NCBI GenBank assembly: GCA_030704615.1
Contig: CM060733.1
Coordinates: 34,224,001-34,288,000 of the forward strand
Source of the DNA: Takakia lepidozioides
Taxonomy: Eukaryota > Plantae > Bryophyta
DNA: 64,000 nucleotides
Direction of reading: 5' to 3'
Part shown: piece by piece, positions 51,924-63,410 of the stretch
Position numbering within the stretch: the stretch's first letter is position 1
Layout: each line of letters opens with the position of its first letter
Translations under genes and position numbers: made by a program
Notes under the pieces: generated by a model
The model's database searches: none
What the model saw: the letters and a program-made list of their open reading frames with translations, nothing else
What the model was told of the DNA's origin: nothing

Positions 51924-54254
51924 GCTTTATCACACAAAGCCTGAAACTCCCCCAAGAACTCTCTCCCTTGGTCCGTGAGTACCTCAGCTGGAGTACCGAA
52001 TCGGCTAAGCACACGATCCAGGAATGCATACGCAACCCCCTCACTAGCCTTGTCAGGCAATGGAACCAACTCAATCCACTTGGAGAAGTGCTCCACCATC
52101 ACCAACACATATCTGTGGTGACGCATCGTCAGTGGCAAAGGCCCTGCGAAGTCAAGACTCCACTTGTAGCCCAATCCCATGATGGATAAAGGATGCAACT
52201 GTGGTGTAGGGGCGTTGAATGAAGCACGCACCCTGTCACACACCATGCACCTAGCCACGAACTGTTGCACCTCTGTGTGCATACCACGCCACCAATACTG
52301 CCCCTGCAGTAAACTATGAGTGCGTCGCACTCCAAAATGCCCCAACTCTTCATGGGCATGCCGCACTAACCGTACACGTTGTGTTGGGTGAGGCACGATC
52401 CTCACCCGACCATCCTCCCACACTCGAAGCAGGTGTATCCCCTCCCACTTGAACCTCTTGGCTCGTTGTAGGATCCGATCCCTCTCCTTGGCAGTCACAC
52501 TAGCTGCCGTGTCTCCAGTGCGGAGGTAGTCCAACACAACCGAATCCTCATGTATATCTCTGGCACCACCTGGCTCATCACTAGCCTCAGGGTCCTCAGA
52601 CACTCCGTCTACAGTCATCCCTGTTGTAGGTCCAACCTGACCTCCCGATGCCAAGATACACAAAAAGGCAGATGCATGCCATCCCGACACCATCTCCTCG
52701 TCCGTCTCACCATGCCACCGAGCTCCAGTGTCATCATGTTGGCTCGTGCATGGATTGTGACTCAATCCATCCGCATCCCTATTGACCAAACCCGGTCGAT
52801 GCACAACCTGAACATGTCTCTCATGCTCCTCCACCGTAGCACGAGAAGCAATTCCTGTAAGCCTCAGGAACCGTCGTATACGTCGTCTCTCTCCTCTAGT
52901 GACAATAGGTCCAATGTCAGGCTCCCAATTGCCCTTCGTAACTGCAACCTTAAGTCCAGCAGACTTAGAGGTAGAGGATGCGTCCCGTGGTTGTTATGCC
53001 GCAACCTCTTGAGCAGTACTCCATGCCTGCTCAGTCAATGACAAGGCCTCATCCTGCCCCATCATCTCATCCTCAAGGACTTCCTCCACCCGAGAAAAAT
53101 CCCCAGCCTCATCCATCACCGCCACCTTGGCTGCCAACTCCCTCTGAACTTCGAGCACCTCCCACGTGTGCCATGGATGTCTGCACCCCGTGGTCCTCAC
53201 ATGCTCGCCCCCACTCACTGCCTGTACTGTCTCGGTAGGCAGAGAGACCATCAAGGGAAGTGTACTCCGCACTCTGTGTTGCTCAGCCATAGCCAAGCTG
53301 ATAATCCAGGTCAAGCAATTGAGATCCACTGCTTGCCCCAACACCTGACGACGTGATGCCTCAGAAAGAAACGACACCGCCGTGGTACCAATGGTAAAAC
53401 CCATCGCCCGCTCACACTCGTCAGCATTAGGCTCCACTAACTGCTGCAACTGAGCATCCCACAGGAGGCTAGGTCCACTATCCCGGAAAGCATGCGATCC
53501 TGGGAAGCTAAGCAGTGTAGGTATTGTTGCTCGTGGTTGACCCACCCTGTTGACCACTGCCAAAGACAAATAGTCATCGTGTCTCACACGCTGAGACTGC
53601 CTCCCAGTGTCCAAAATGCTATCCACTATGAGGTGTGGGAGTCTTCAACAGAGAATAACCCATCTTAACTATCTACGCAAAGAAAGGGGAGTGGTGGTCA
53701 TCTGTCCAAATGCACGCTTGAGCAGTGCGGGTGGCATCAAGTTAGTCCACCATAGCCGTGGACGATGAGCCCGTGACCCCACTGTAGCTACATCTAGTAA
53801 CACTGCTGACCCAAGCCACGACCGGACTTGATGCACACTGGCCATCACCCTAGCCCAAGAATCGCCCATCAGTGGCACAATCTCCAAGATGTATGCTGGA
53901 GATACAGCTTGATGAAGCTGCAAGTGGCGCAAAACCCATACCATCTCCCAAAACAGACCCGACCTCGAATCTCGCAATCCATTGCCATGCCCGGATGATG
54001 AATGCCCTTGGCAGGGCCCAACCTGCCACTACCAGATCAATGGAGCCAACCCGCTCCAAATCATGCGCCCCCAGCAACGAAATGTCTGCTAGCAAGGCCT
54101 ACTGATATCCACGAACTGCAGACACCGGCAACAACTCAGGGTACCGCTGCACCAACTGAGCAACATGGTGAAGTGAAACGCGTCGTGCAGTCTCATCCCT
54201 CTCCACATACAGCCCCTCACAGCCCCTCACAGCGTGTCACAGCCCATCACAGCC
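51924..54254 (-). pseudogene. Internally deleted DNMT-gypsy copy C: second C5-methyltransferase copy (motif II onward), linker, RNase H end and N-terminal integrase
   Basis: YVERDETARR...DLVVAGW...AHRPRLWWTN...RRQVLGQAV, then jumps to EEHERH|QVVHRPG and integrase up to CDKA. A filler insert of about 65 bp lies at 53640-53705. Confidence 0.88.
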
Positions 54255-55357
54255 ATAGGCGCCGAGGTCAACCTCGCCTTGAGCTCTTGAAAAGCTCGTT
54301 CCTGCTCATCTTCCCACTGCCACTCCTGGTCCACCTTGGTCAGCTTGGTTAGAGCCTTTGCAATGGTACTAAATCCCTTGACAAACCGTCTATAATAGTT
54401 TGTCAACCCCATGAAAGCTCGAACTCGGCTCATATCCGTGGGGCGTGGAATTTGTGCAATGGCCTCTACCTTAGTTTGCTGTACCCCCAATCCTCCAGGA
54501 TATATCATGTGACCCAGATACTCAATCTGGTTGTGGAAAAACTTGCACTTCCCCGGATGCAACTTCAATCCGTGCGCTCTCAAGCGCTCCAATACCACCT
54601 GAAGGTGTCTCTCATGCTCCTCCATCGTAACACTAAAGATGATGATGTCATCTATGTAGCACCGAGCAAAGTCCACCCCTGCTAGAATCCTATCCATGAC
54701 TCTCTGAAACTCTGCAGGAGCATTCTTAAGCCCAAATGGTAAGAACCACCACTGGTATAGGCAATCCTTGCCGTGCTCATTGATCCCCCAGAATGCCGTC
54801 TTCTACTTGTCGGCCTCCTTGATTGGCAACTGGTGATATCCGGATCGTAAATCCAAAGTGCTAAAGGCCTTAGCATGCCCGATGGCATCAAAGATCTCCT
54901 CTGGTGTTGGCATGGCATACTTATCGGACTTGGTCTGACGATTTACAGGCCGGTAATCACCGCACATACGTCTCTCCGTCCAATTGCCATAGACATCCTT
55001 CTTGGCTGGCATCACTGTGGCTGAAGCATACTCTCCACCAGAGAGCTCCACCAAACCTGCCTCCCAGAGATCTTGAGTCCTCATCTGAATCAAAGACCTC
55101 TCCATGTCACTGTATCTATAGGGTCTCCGAAAGATTGGCGTGTCAGTGGCCAACTCAATACAGATCTCTTGACCCTTCAGTGCTCCCAAGTCCTTCAAAC
55201 TGAAGGCAAAGCAATTCCTGTAAGCCCTCAGGAACCGCCGTATACGTCGTCTCTCTCCTCCGGTGACAATGGGTCCAATGTCAGGCTCCCAATTGTCCTC
55301 CGTAACTACAACCTTAAGTCCAGTGGGCTTAGAGGTAGAGGACGCGTCCCGTGGTTG
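54255..55357 (-). pseudogene. Reverse transcriptase of DNMT-gypsy copy B (Chlamyvir/REM1-like RT)
   Basis: PIFRRPYRY, PAKKDVYGNWTERRMCGDYRPVN, LDLRSGYHQ, LPFGLKNAP, YIDDI; ends at LTSAP. One CAG->TAG-type stop at 54803-54805. Confidence 0.92.
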
Positions 55358-56610
55358 CTATGCTGCAACCTCTTGAGCAGTACTCCCTGCCTGCTCAGTC
55401 AATGACAAGACCTCATCCTGCCCCATCATCTCATCATTGAGGACCTCCTCAACCCGAGAAGAATCCCCAACCTCATCTATCACAGCCGCCTTGGCTACCA
55501 ACTCCCTCTGAACCTCGAGCACCTCCCACGTGTGCCATGGATGCATGCACCCCGTGGTCCTCACATGCTCGCCCCCACTCACTGCCTGTACCGTCTCGGT
55601 AGGCAGAGAGACCATTGAGGGAAGTGTACTCCGCACTCTGCATTGCTCAGCCAGAGCCAAGCTGATAATCCAGGTCAAGCAATTGAGATCCATTGCTTGC
55701 CCCAACACTTGACGACGTGATGCCTCAGAAAGAGACGACACCGCCGTGGTACCAGTGGTAAAACCCATTGCCCGCTCACGCTCGTCAGCATTAGGCTCCA
55801 CTAATTGCTGCAACTGAGCATCCCACAGGAGGCCAAGTCCACTATCCCGGAAAGCAGGCGATCCTGGGAAGCTGAGCAGTGTATGTAATGCTACCCGTGG
55901 TTGACCCACCTTGTTGACCACTGCCAAAGGCGAACGGTCATCGTGTCTCACACGCTGAGACTGCCTCCCTGTGTCCAGAATGTTATCCACTGTGAGATGT
56001 GCTGGCCGCTGCACCCCATCAAATGCACGCTTGAGCAGTGCGGGTGGCATCAAGTTAGTCCACCATAGCCGTGGACGATGAGCTCGTGACCCCACTGTAG
56101 CTGCATCTAGCAACACTGCTGACCCAAGCCACGACCGGACTTGATGCACACTGGCCATCACCCTGGCCCAAGAATCGCCCATCAGTGGCACATTCTCCAA
56201 GATGTATGCTGGAGATACAGCTTGATGAAGCTGCAAGTGGCGCAAAACCCGCACCATCTCCCAAAACAGACCCGACCTCGAGTCTCGCAATCCATTGTCA
56301 TGCCCGGCTGATGAATGCCCTTGGCAGGGCCAACCTGCCACTACCAGATCAATGGAGCCAACCCGCTCCAAATCCTGCGCCCCCAGCAACGAAATGTCTG
56401 CTGGCAAGGCCTGCTAATATCCACGAATTGCAGACACCGACAACAACTCAGGGTACCGCTGCACCAACTGAGCAACATGGCGAAGTGAAACGCGTCGTGC
56501 AGTCTCATCCCTCTCCACATACAGGTAACGCCGAACTCGTACACCTTCTTGTAACACAGCAGCCAATCCGGTGCTGATCCCGCCAAACAAGTCCAGAAGA
56601 CAAATGCCTT
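55358..56610 (-). CDS. C5 cytosine DNA methyltransferase domain inside the gypsy polyprotein (one internal stop at 56414-56416)
   Basis: Unpermuted motifs: I LDLFGGISTG, II YVERD, III PADI, IV DLVVAGWPCQGHS (catalytic PC), VI YILENV, VIII AHRPRLWWTN, IX ERERAMGF, X RRQVLGQAM. Confidence 0.9.
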
Positions 56611-59535
56611 CATCCGGATACTGCCACACAATAGGTGTGGTGTCCAATGGAGACAATTGAGGTGGTCCTGGTGCAATCCCCACACTCTCCTCCTCTCCTG
56701 ACGGTACAAAAGCCTCCACCCAGGCTTGTTGCACCCGTCGATCAGCATCCCGCTGCAAATCCTTGCTCGTGCCCCACAATGGAGTCTGAGCAACCATGGT
56801 AGGCAACTCCGCCATACCATACATGTCATCCTGCTCTCCGGAGGTGGTACATCCTCTGAATGAGCATTGCCCTCAAGCAACTCTCTAGGCCAACTCACTG
56901 CCGCTGTGAATGCTGCTAGTGTCGGCATCTTGCCTCGCTGGGCAACCGCAACTCCTCCTATGAACGTCACAGGGAGCTGCACACGCCGGCCCTCCCCTGA
57001 CTGCCATGCAGGCCTATAGGAAGCTGACTCCTCCCAAAAATCCAGGGTGAAGCCCATGGGGTACAACACTGCCCCACCAACCAGGACATCGTATGAGACT
57101 GCGTCTGTCACAATGGCCTTGGCTCGCATCACTGAGCCATCTGTAGGGTGATCCGGCCGTAGTCTGATAGCCAACTCACGCCGTGTCATGCCCGAGCCTG
57201 CTCCGATCCTCCCAGAGACGTTTGTATCTGGAAAGGACAAGGCTCCATATCCGCCTCCGTGAGGCCCAAGCCTGCAATAGCAGCTCTGCCCAGCATCAAT
57301 GGCTGAGCTCCCGAGTCCAACAAGACCCGCAGTGGCCGGTACCTCTTGCCTGCCGGTCCACTCAAACAAAAAATGCCATCCTGGTTGTCTAACATGACAA
57401 CTCCAGGTGTCACCATGGTGCGCTCAATGGCTGGCCTAGCTGGCAGCTCCATCAACCTGGCAGCTGCAGCTTGCCATGGCGCCGCCGTGGCAGTCTTGAC
57501 CCTCAAATCCGAGGATCCCTCCGGCACTACACCTCCCACTATCTCCGCAGAAGATGAAGTAACCTCCCCACTCTTACAGAGTGTAGCTGCCAGCCTGAAC
57601 ACCTCAGCTGGTCTTACCCCCGGCGTCGCAATCATGGTAGCCGAGAAGAATGGAGCCTGGCACACAGATGTGGCCGCTCCTAGCAGCACACTAGCTGCCG
57701 TAGCCTTGGCAACACTAGGTAGTGGTGCTACCCGTGTAGCTCTCCCCAATGGCATAATAACCTCCGCCTCGGTAACAGTCGGGCGAGAACTAGGTGCCAT
57801 GGATGGCGTCGACACTGTCTCCGCCAATGTGAATGACTGAGGAAGCCTAGCCTGACGGCTTGCCTCCCCATGCTGTGATCCAACTCCACCTCTGCACCTC
57901 GTGGCTCAGGAACTCGTGCTGCTCCTCGAGTCACGGCTGCAGCAGACTCCACCTGCACTAGTGGTAGTGCTGCTCCACACATGAATCCCATGCCTCCATA
58001 TCTCCTCCCTCAGGAGCAGGAGGTGGACCATCCGGCCTTAGAGTCGGTACCACCTGGGCTGTAGCCATGGCAGCGAGCCTCTGCTCTAGTTGCTGAAGCC
58101 GGTTGGCCATGCCTTGGTCAACACCCTGACCTCTGCGTCCTTGGCCATGTTGAGCTTGCCCTTGGCGTGCACCTTGTGGCTGGCCACCTCATCCTCTCTG
58201 GGCTGCTCCACCTCATCCCCGACCACCATTGTTCCCTTGGAACTGGCCTGGGCGCAACTCAGGATGCAAACCATAACACTGGGCCTCTCCATGCCCGTGC
58301 TTGCCACAATGCCCACACTGCAATTGTGCAGGCTGTGTATGTGTCCGTCCTTTGCCTCCCTCTGGGCAATCCTTCTTGACATGGGGTCCTCCACATGTCC
58401 AGCACACCACATCCGCCCGTTGTTGGCCAGCAAATGAAGGGAGAGACCCGTGCATCTGAGGTCCTCTCTGCCCTTCCCTGAGCTTCACCTGAGCCCCCTT
58501 GTTGCCTTGAGCACGTTGAGGTAGTGGTTGGCTAGGAGCACCACTACCCCGTGGCGTCTCCTTAGCAAATCCCACCATGACCACTCATTCCTCCACCATG
58601 TTGAGCTCTATCCGCTCTGCCAGCAAAAACACATTTGCTAAGGTGGGTTGGGCCGCTTGTAGGAGAGTTGCATCCCGCACCCTTCTCCTCAGCTCCTTGT
58701 CCAATATCCCATACCAGAATTGGACTGCCTGAGCTTCCGTAACCCCTTGGGTTACATTTATCAAGCGCCTCATGCGAGTGTAAGCCTCCCTCAAGCTCTC
58801 GGTCGGCTTCCGTTGGAACTCTTGCAAGCTCCGCAACTTCTCTGTCCTCACCCCTTGGTAGTTCCCTCTCAACTCTTCGAATAACTCCACAACAGGGTTG
58901 AAGGCAGGCACAGGTACTAGTGCTGGTGCGGTAGTGGCTTGGGTGGACGTCGTAGCTACTGTACCACCAGTCCCACTAGTCCCTCTGCTACTTGCTGAAG
59001 CTGCCGGTGCAGCGGCAGGTGCAGCCACTGCCCTCGTGGCTCTAGTGCCCCTAGTGATGGAGACATAGTCGGGTGACCAGTACATCCTCCACTCCTCGAT
59101 CTCAACCTCATGCCCCCGCCTGAACTCATGGTAATCATCCATAGGCGGCCCCTCAAGGTGCTGAAACAGCCCCTTCCATGCCATGAAAGGCGTAAATAGT
59201 TGTGGATTGCGCATTTGCTGCAAATCACACCAACTATCAAACTCTTGGATAAAATCATCCAACTCGATGGTGCCCACCGCCCCAGAGTACCTTCGTGGCC
59301 CCTTGGTAGCTCCATACATCTCCTCCATTGTGTCCCACAACAATGGCAAATAAACAACTTGCACCGCCGGTATGAGTCCTCCTGATTCACAATCCGAATC
59401 AGAACCTTCCGTGGAAGACACAGGAGGTGAAGGTGGCCTAAACCGCACACCTCGTCTCGTGTACCCACTAGTATCGCTAGTGCTCGCACCGGCACTGTCC
59501 CCAGCAACTAGTGGCACCTCCGTGTTGACACTCAA
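56611..59535 (-). pseudogene. gag, two zinc knuckles and aspartic protease of DNMT-gypsy copy B
   Basis: FQRKPTESLREAYTRMRRL...QFWYGILD (gag); CWTCGGPHVKKDC and CGHCGKHGHGEAQC; VLLDSGAQPLML...YDVLVG (protease). Stops and frameshifts present. Confidence 0.88.
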
Positions 59536-60269
59536 CCGGTCATGAACATGTCCCTAACCCCCTCTCCACAAGGTAACCGGGTAGAGAACCTGTTGCGGCT
59601 TATGGTTTGGAATACTAAGTTCCTAACATAGCCTACACCTGTACGTGCATCCACCGCAAGCACTCCTATGGTTGGCTGGTCATCACCTCCAACCTCACCA
59701 CATGAGAAACAATGATGGTCTGGCTGGTCATCACCCCGACCTCACCATCGACAGCATGCTCTAGGACTGGCCGGTGATCAAATCCGGACCAATCACCTAT
59801 AAAAACAAGCGCCCACACAAAACTAGCATGACGCACAGTCAAGCATGCAGGTATGGAGGGGATCCAAACACAAGAAATCAGAACGACAACTCCCCCACAC
59901 CAAAAACAACTCCACGGTGTTGCTCCTGCAAGGACACCCCAGCCCAAACCCGGATTGACTCTTGCCTCCACCTACGGAAAGGTCTTGGCCTAATGAGAGG
60001 GTGGAAACTACGAGGAAGAGAAGCTAAAGCAATGCCTAACCCCAGCATGCCCTCATCCCAATACTCTTCCTCTCCTCTCTTCCCTCACTTGCATGACCAT
60101 GGGAATATCATGAAGATACTCCTCAAACCGCCCTCCACAAGCTTCAAAATTCGGCCTTCCAGACCACATGCCAGTCCTTAGGCAGTCCACCAGTGCCTCC
60201 ACGAGTCAGCACAGGCCGTCCACAGGTCAACACGGGCCACCACAGACCAGCACAGGCCCACACAGCTCG

Positions 60270-61210
60270 CTGGTCACAGCCGTCACAGTCCCACAGGCCA
60301 CTGGGCACAGCCTGTCACAGCCCCTCATAGCCCGTCACAGCTCGCCACAGCTTGTCACAGCCCGTCACAGCCCCACACAACCCGTCACAGCCCCACAGGC
60401 CACTGGGCACAGCCTGTCACAGCCCCTCACAGCCCGTCACAGCCCGTCACAGCCTCAAAGGCCTCAGGCACGGCCTGTCACAGCCCCTCACAGCCCATCA
60501 CAGCCCCAAAGGCCATGGGCACAGCCTGTCACAGCCCCGCACAGCCCGTCACAGCCCCACAGGCCACTGGCACAACCTGTCACAACCCCTCACAGCCCGT
60601 CACAGCCCCACAGGCCTCAGGCACGGCCTGACACAGCCCGTCACAGCCCGTCACAGCCCCAAGGCCTCAGGCACGGCCTGTCACAGCCCCTCACAGCCCA
60701 TCACAGACTCAAAAGCCTCAGGCACGGCCTGTCACAGCCCCTCACAGCCCATCCACAGCCCCAAAGGCCATGGGCACAGCCCGTCACAGCCCGTCACAGC
60801 CCGTCACAGCCTCAAAGGCCTCAGGCACGGCCTGTCACAGCCCCTAACAGCCCATCACAGCCCCAAAGGCCATGGGCACAGCCCGTCACAGCCCCACAGG
60901 CCACTGGGCACAGCCAGTCACAACCCCGCACAGCCCGTCACAGCCCCACAGGCCACTGGGCACAGCCCGTCACAGCCCGTCACAGCCCCAAAGGCCACGG
61001 CACAGCCCGTCACAGCCCGTCACAGCCCCAAGGCCTCAGGCACGGCCTGTCACAACCCCTCACAGCCCATCACACACGCCCCAAAGGCCATGGGCACAGC
61101 CTGTCACAGCCCCTCACAGCCTCAAAGGCCTCAGGCACGGGCACAGACGGCCTGTCACAGCCCCTCACAGCCCATCACAGCCCCAAAGGCCATGGGCACA
61201 GCCCGTCATA
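60270..61210. repeat. About 940-bp (GTCACAGCCC)-based array in the ~3.1-kb 5' leader of the DNMT-gypsy element
   Basis: Dozens of TCACAGCCC variants with recurring spacers GGCCACTGGG, GGCCTCAGG and GGCCATGGG. Confidence 0.95.
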
Positions 61211-62643
61211 GCCCCATCCATGGCCGCTCTGGCAGTTTAGCCATTTCTCCAAGGGGTTTAGCCACGCCAAGCTAGGGTTTGTGTCTCTTGGACTCTAGGC
61301 TTCTTTCCACCGAGCTATGGCGGCTGTGAGGAAATCAGCAAGGTATTCTTGCTCTTTCGGCTCCCACACACCACCATAGTAGCCCTAAGCCATGAGGTGG
61401 TCGCCACAAACCAAGCCTTCTTTCTCACTTAGCCTCCCAAACACGCCACTAAACTCAATGGCAAACAACCAAGCCCTGCTGGTTCCCAGCCCTTATGAGC
61501 ACTCATCACTCTCCTTGGCCATAGCATCTGTCTTAGAGCCTATTCCAGCCCCCTACACCTGCTGCTTCAAGAGTTGCGCTCCCTTCAAGCTTGAAGTTGA
61601 AACCCCAACTCACATAGGCCCTACAAGTGTTTTTCTTTCACTCCAAGTGGAAACCAGCCCTAGACCTTCCGTTCTAGCTATCTAAAGCTTGAAAACAAGA
61701 GCCTCAATGGGCTGAAGGCATGCTCCACACATGCCCCACTCTCACCATAAGAGAATCAGCTCCTTTGCTTCATTTCTTGCACCCACAAACCTGAAAATAC
61801 AAGCTTCAGCAGGCTGAAAGCATGCTCCACATGCCCTACAGGGAAACCGGCCCCTTCCTTCCTTTCTTGCACTCCCACACCTGAAAGTGCAAGCCTTCAC
61901 CAGGCTGATAGCATGCTCCACACATGCAACCTCTTCACACAAGAGATATCAGCCCCCCTATCTTGGCTCCTTGGTTCCTTGATGCTCTCTAAGACAAGAC
62001 TAAGCACTCCATAGCCTTTGCCAAGCTCCTGAAACCCTAAGGCTTACATTTCCAGCCACAAGACACTTCTCTTGTGGTGCAAGAGCTCTTCTTCCAAGCT
62101 CTGAAACCCTAGGTGCACATTCCATGGCCTTGCCGCACCTCTTAGCTCATGTTCCAGCCCTGCTCTCGCCATGACAAGAGCCCTCTCAATGCTGAAGCTT
62201 GAGATTGAAACCCAATCTCACCATACTCCACAAAGTGCACTGATTTGCCCCAAGCCAAATCAGCCCTTTCGCTTGGTCTTGCAATCCTTCACACAATGAA
62301 AGCTCGCATTCCCAAGTCCAGTTCTCAGCTTTGCCACCAAAGCCACTATAACCTGCTCTTGACTGGTCCTCTTCCCAATCGTGCTTGTTCATGCATGTAC
62401 ACAATCTGAAACCATCAAGGTGCTCTGGAATTACCTGCAGTATGGTGCTTTCATCTCTGAAGCTGAAGATCGAATGCCAAGGTTTACCACCTCGTAACCC
62501 ACATCGCCTCCGCTTCTAACAACCAAGAGCTCCACGGTGCTCCTTGCATAACAACTTGATTTCTCTCATTCTCAAGCAAAAACCACAAGTGCTACAACTA
62601 ACTCGTATCTAGCACTCATAGATACGAGCTGATCTTTCTCGAG

Positions 62644-63150
62644 TGATAAAGAAGAAGAATACAAGCACGAGCTCACAAATCTGAAGCATAAACTCATGCA
62701 TATATAACCTCATCACTCAAATACAAGTCAAACCAAGTGCACCCCACGCCATGGGGAATCCACACTACGGCGCCATAGCTAGGCGCGGTGAGGCTCAACT
62801 CGAGAAAGATGAGCCTTCCGCGCTTGCCGTGAAGATAACCACTCCAGGGCCTAAATCTGCCTTGACCCCTGGATTGACACTTGGGCCAATCCCAAATGTC
62901 AATATGTAAAAGCTAGCTATTTCCTAGCTAGTTTCACACTAGTGGTAAAATAACTTGACAGTTGTCGTGTGCATACATATCGCTACACAACTACATCGCT
63001 GTCCAAAACCACACAACACATGTGCACGCCACACACTAGTATATTACTAGTCCACCACTAGTCCAGCCACTAGTCCAACCACTAGGCTACAACTAGTCAG
63101 TCACTAGGCTGTCACTATGCTGCCCACTATGGCAGTCACTAGTCCACACA
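62644..63150 (-). mobile_element. LTR shared by two tandem DNMT-gypsy copies (3' LTR of copy A and 5' LTR of copy B)
   Basis: On the minus strand it is preceded by PHD, 3' UTR and PPT (AGGGGGG-CGAT) and followed by the PBS-position sequence CTCGAGAAAGAT, the leader and gag. Confidence 0.88.
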
Positions 63151-63410
63151 ATCGCCCCCCTAGCTAGTGCTTAGGTCCCTCTAAGTCCAGGTAGACACAA
63201 GATGTGATAGTGACCATAGCCTCACTAAGTCCTCCACCACTATCCCTACTACACTCAAACTCGATAGATCAAGAGGCCGAGTGCAAGAGTTGCCCCATCG
63301 TTAGTCGCCGTCTTGCAACCTGTGAACTTGAGCTTGGGATCTCATGTATTGACTCCTATGAGCTTGGCCTCCCATGTCTTGTTAGCTGCCTCCAGTCATG
63401 TCCACTGCCA

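Noticed and set aside
55358-56610. Host DRM/DNMT3 gene or bacterial restriction-modification contaminant
   Set aside because: Intronless, in frame with RT, flanked by PR and RT, duplicated with the element, no UBA domains or partner endonuclease, motifs unpermuted.
60168-61275. Long plus-strand ORFs (347, 307 and 122 aa)
   Set aside because: They are translations of the stop-free TCACAGCCC array, open in several frames and antisense to the element.
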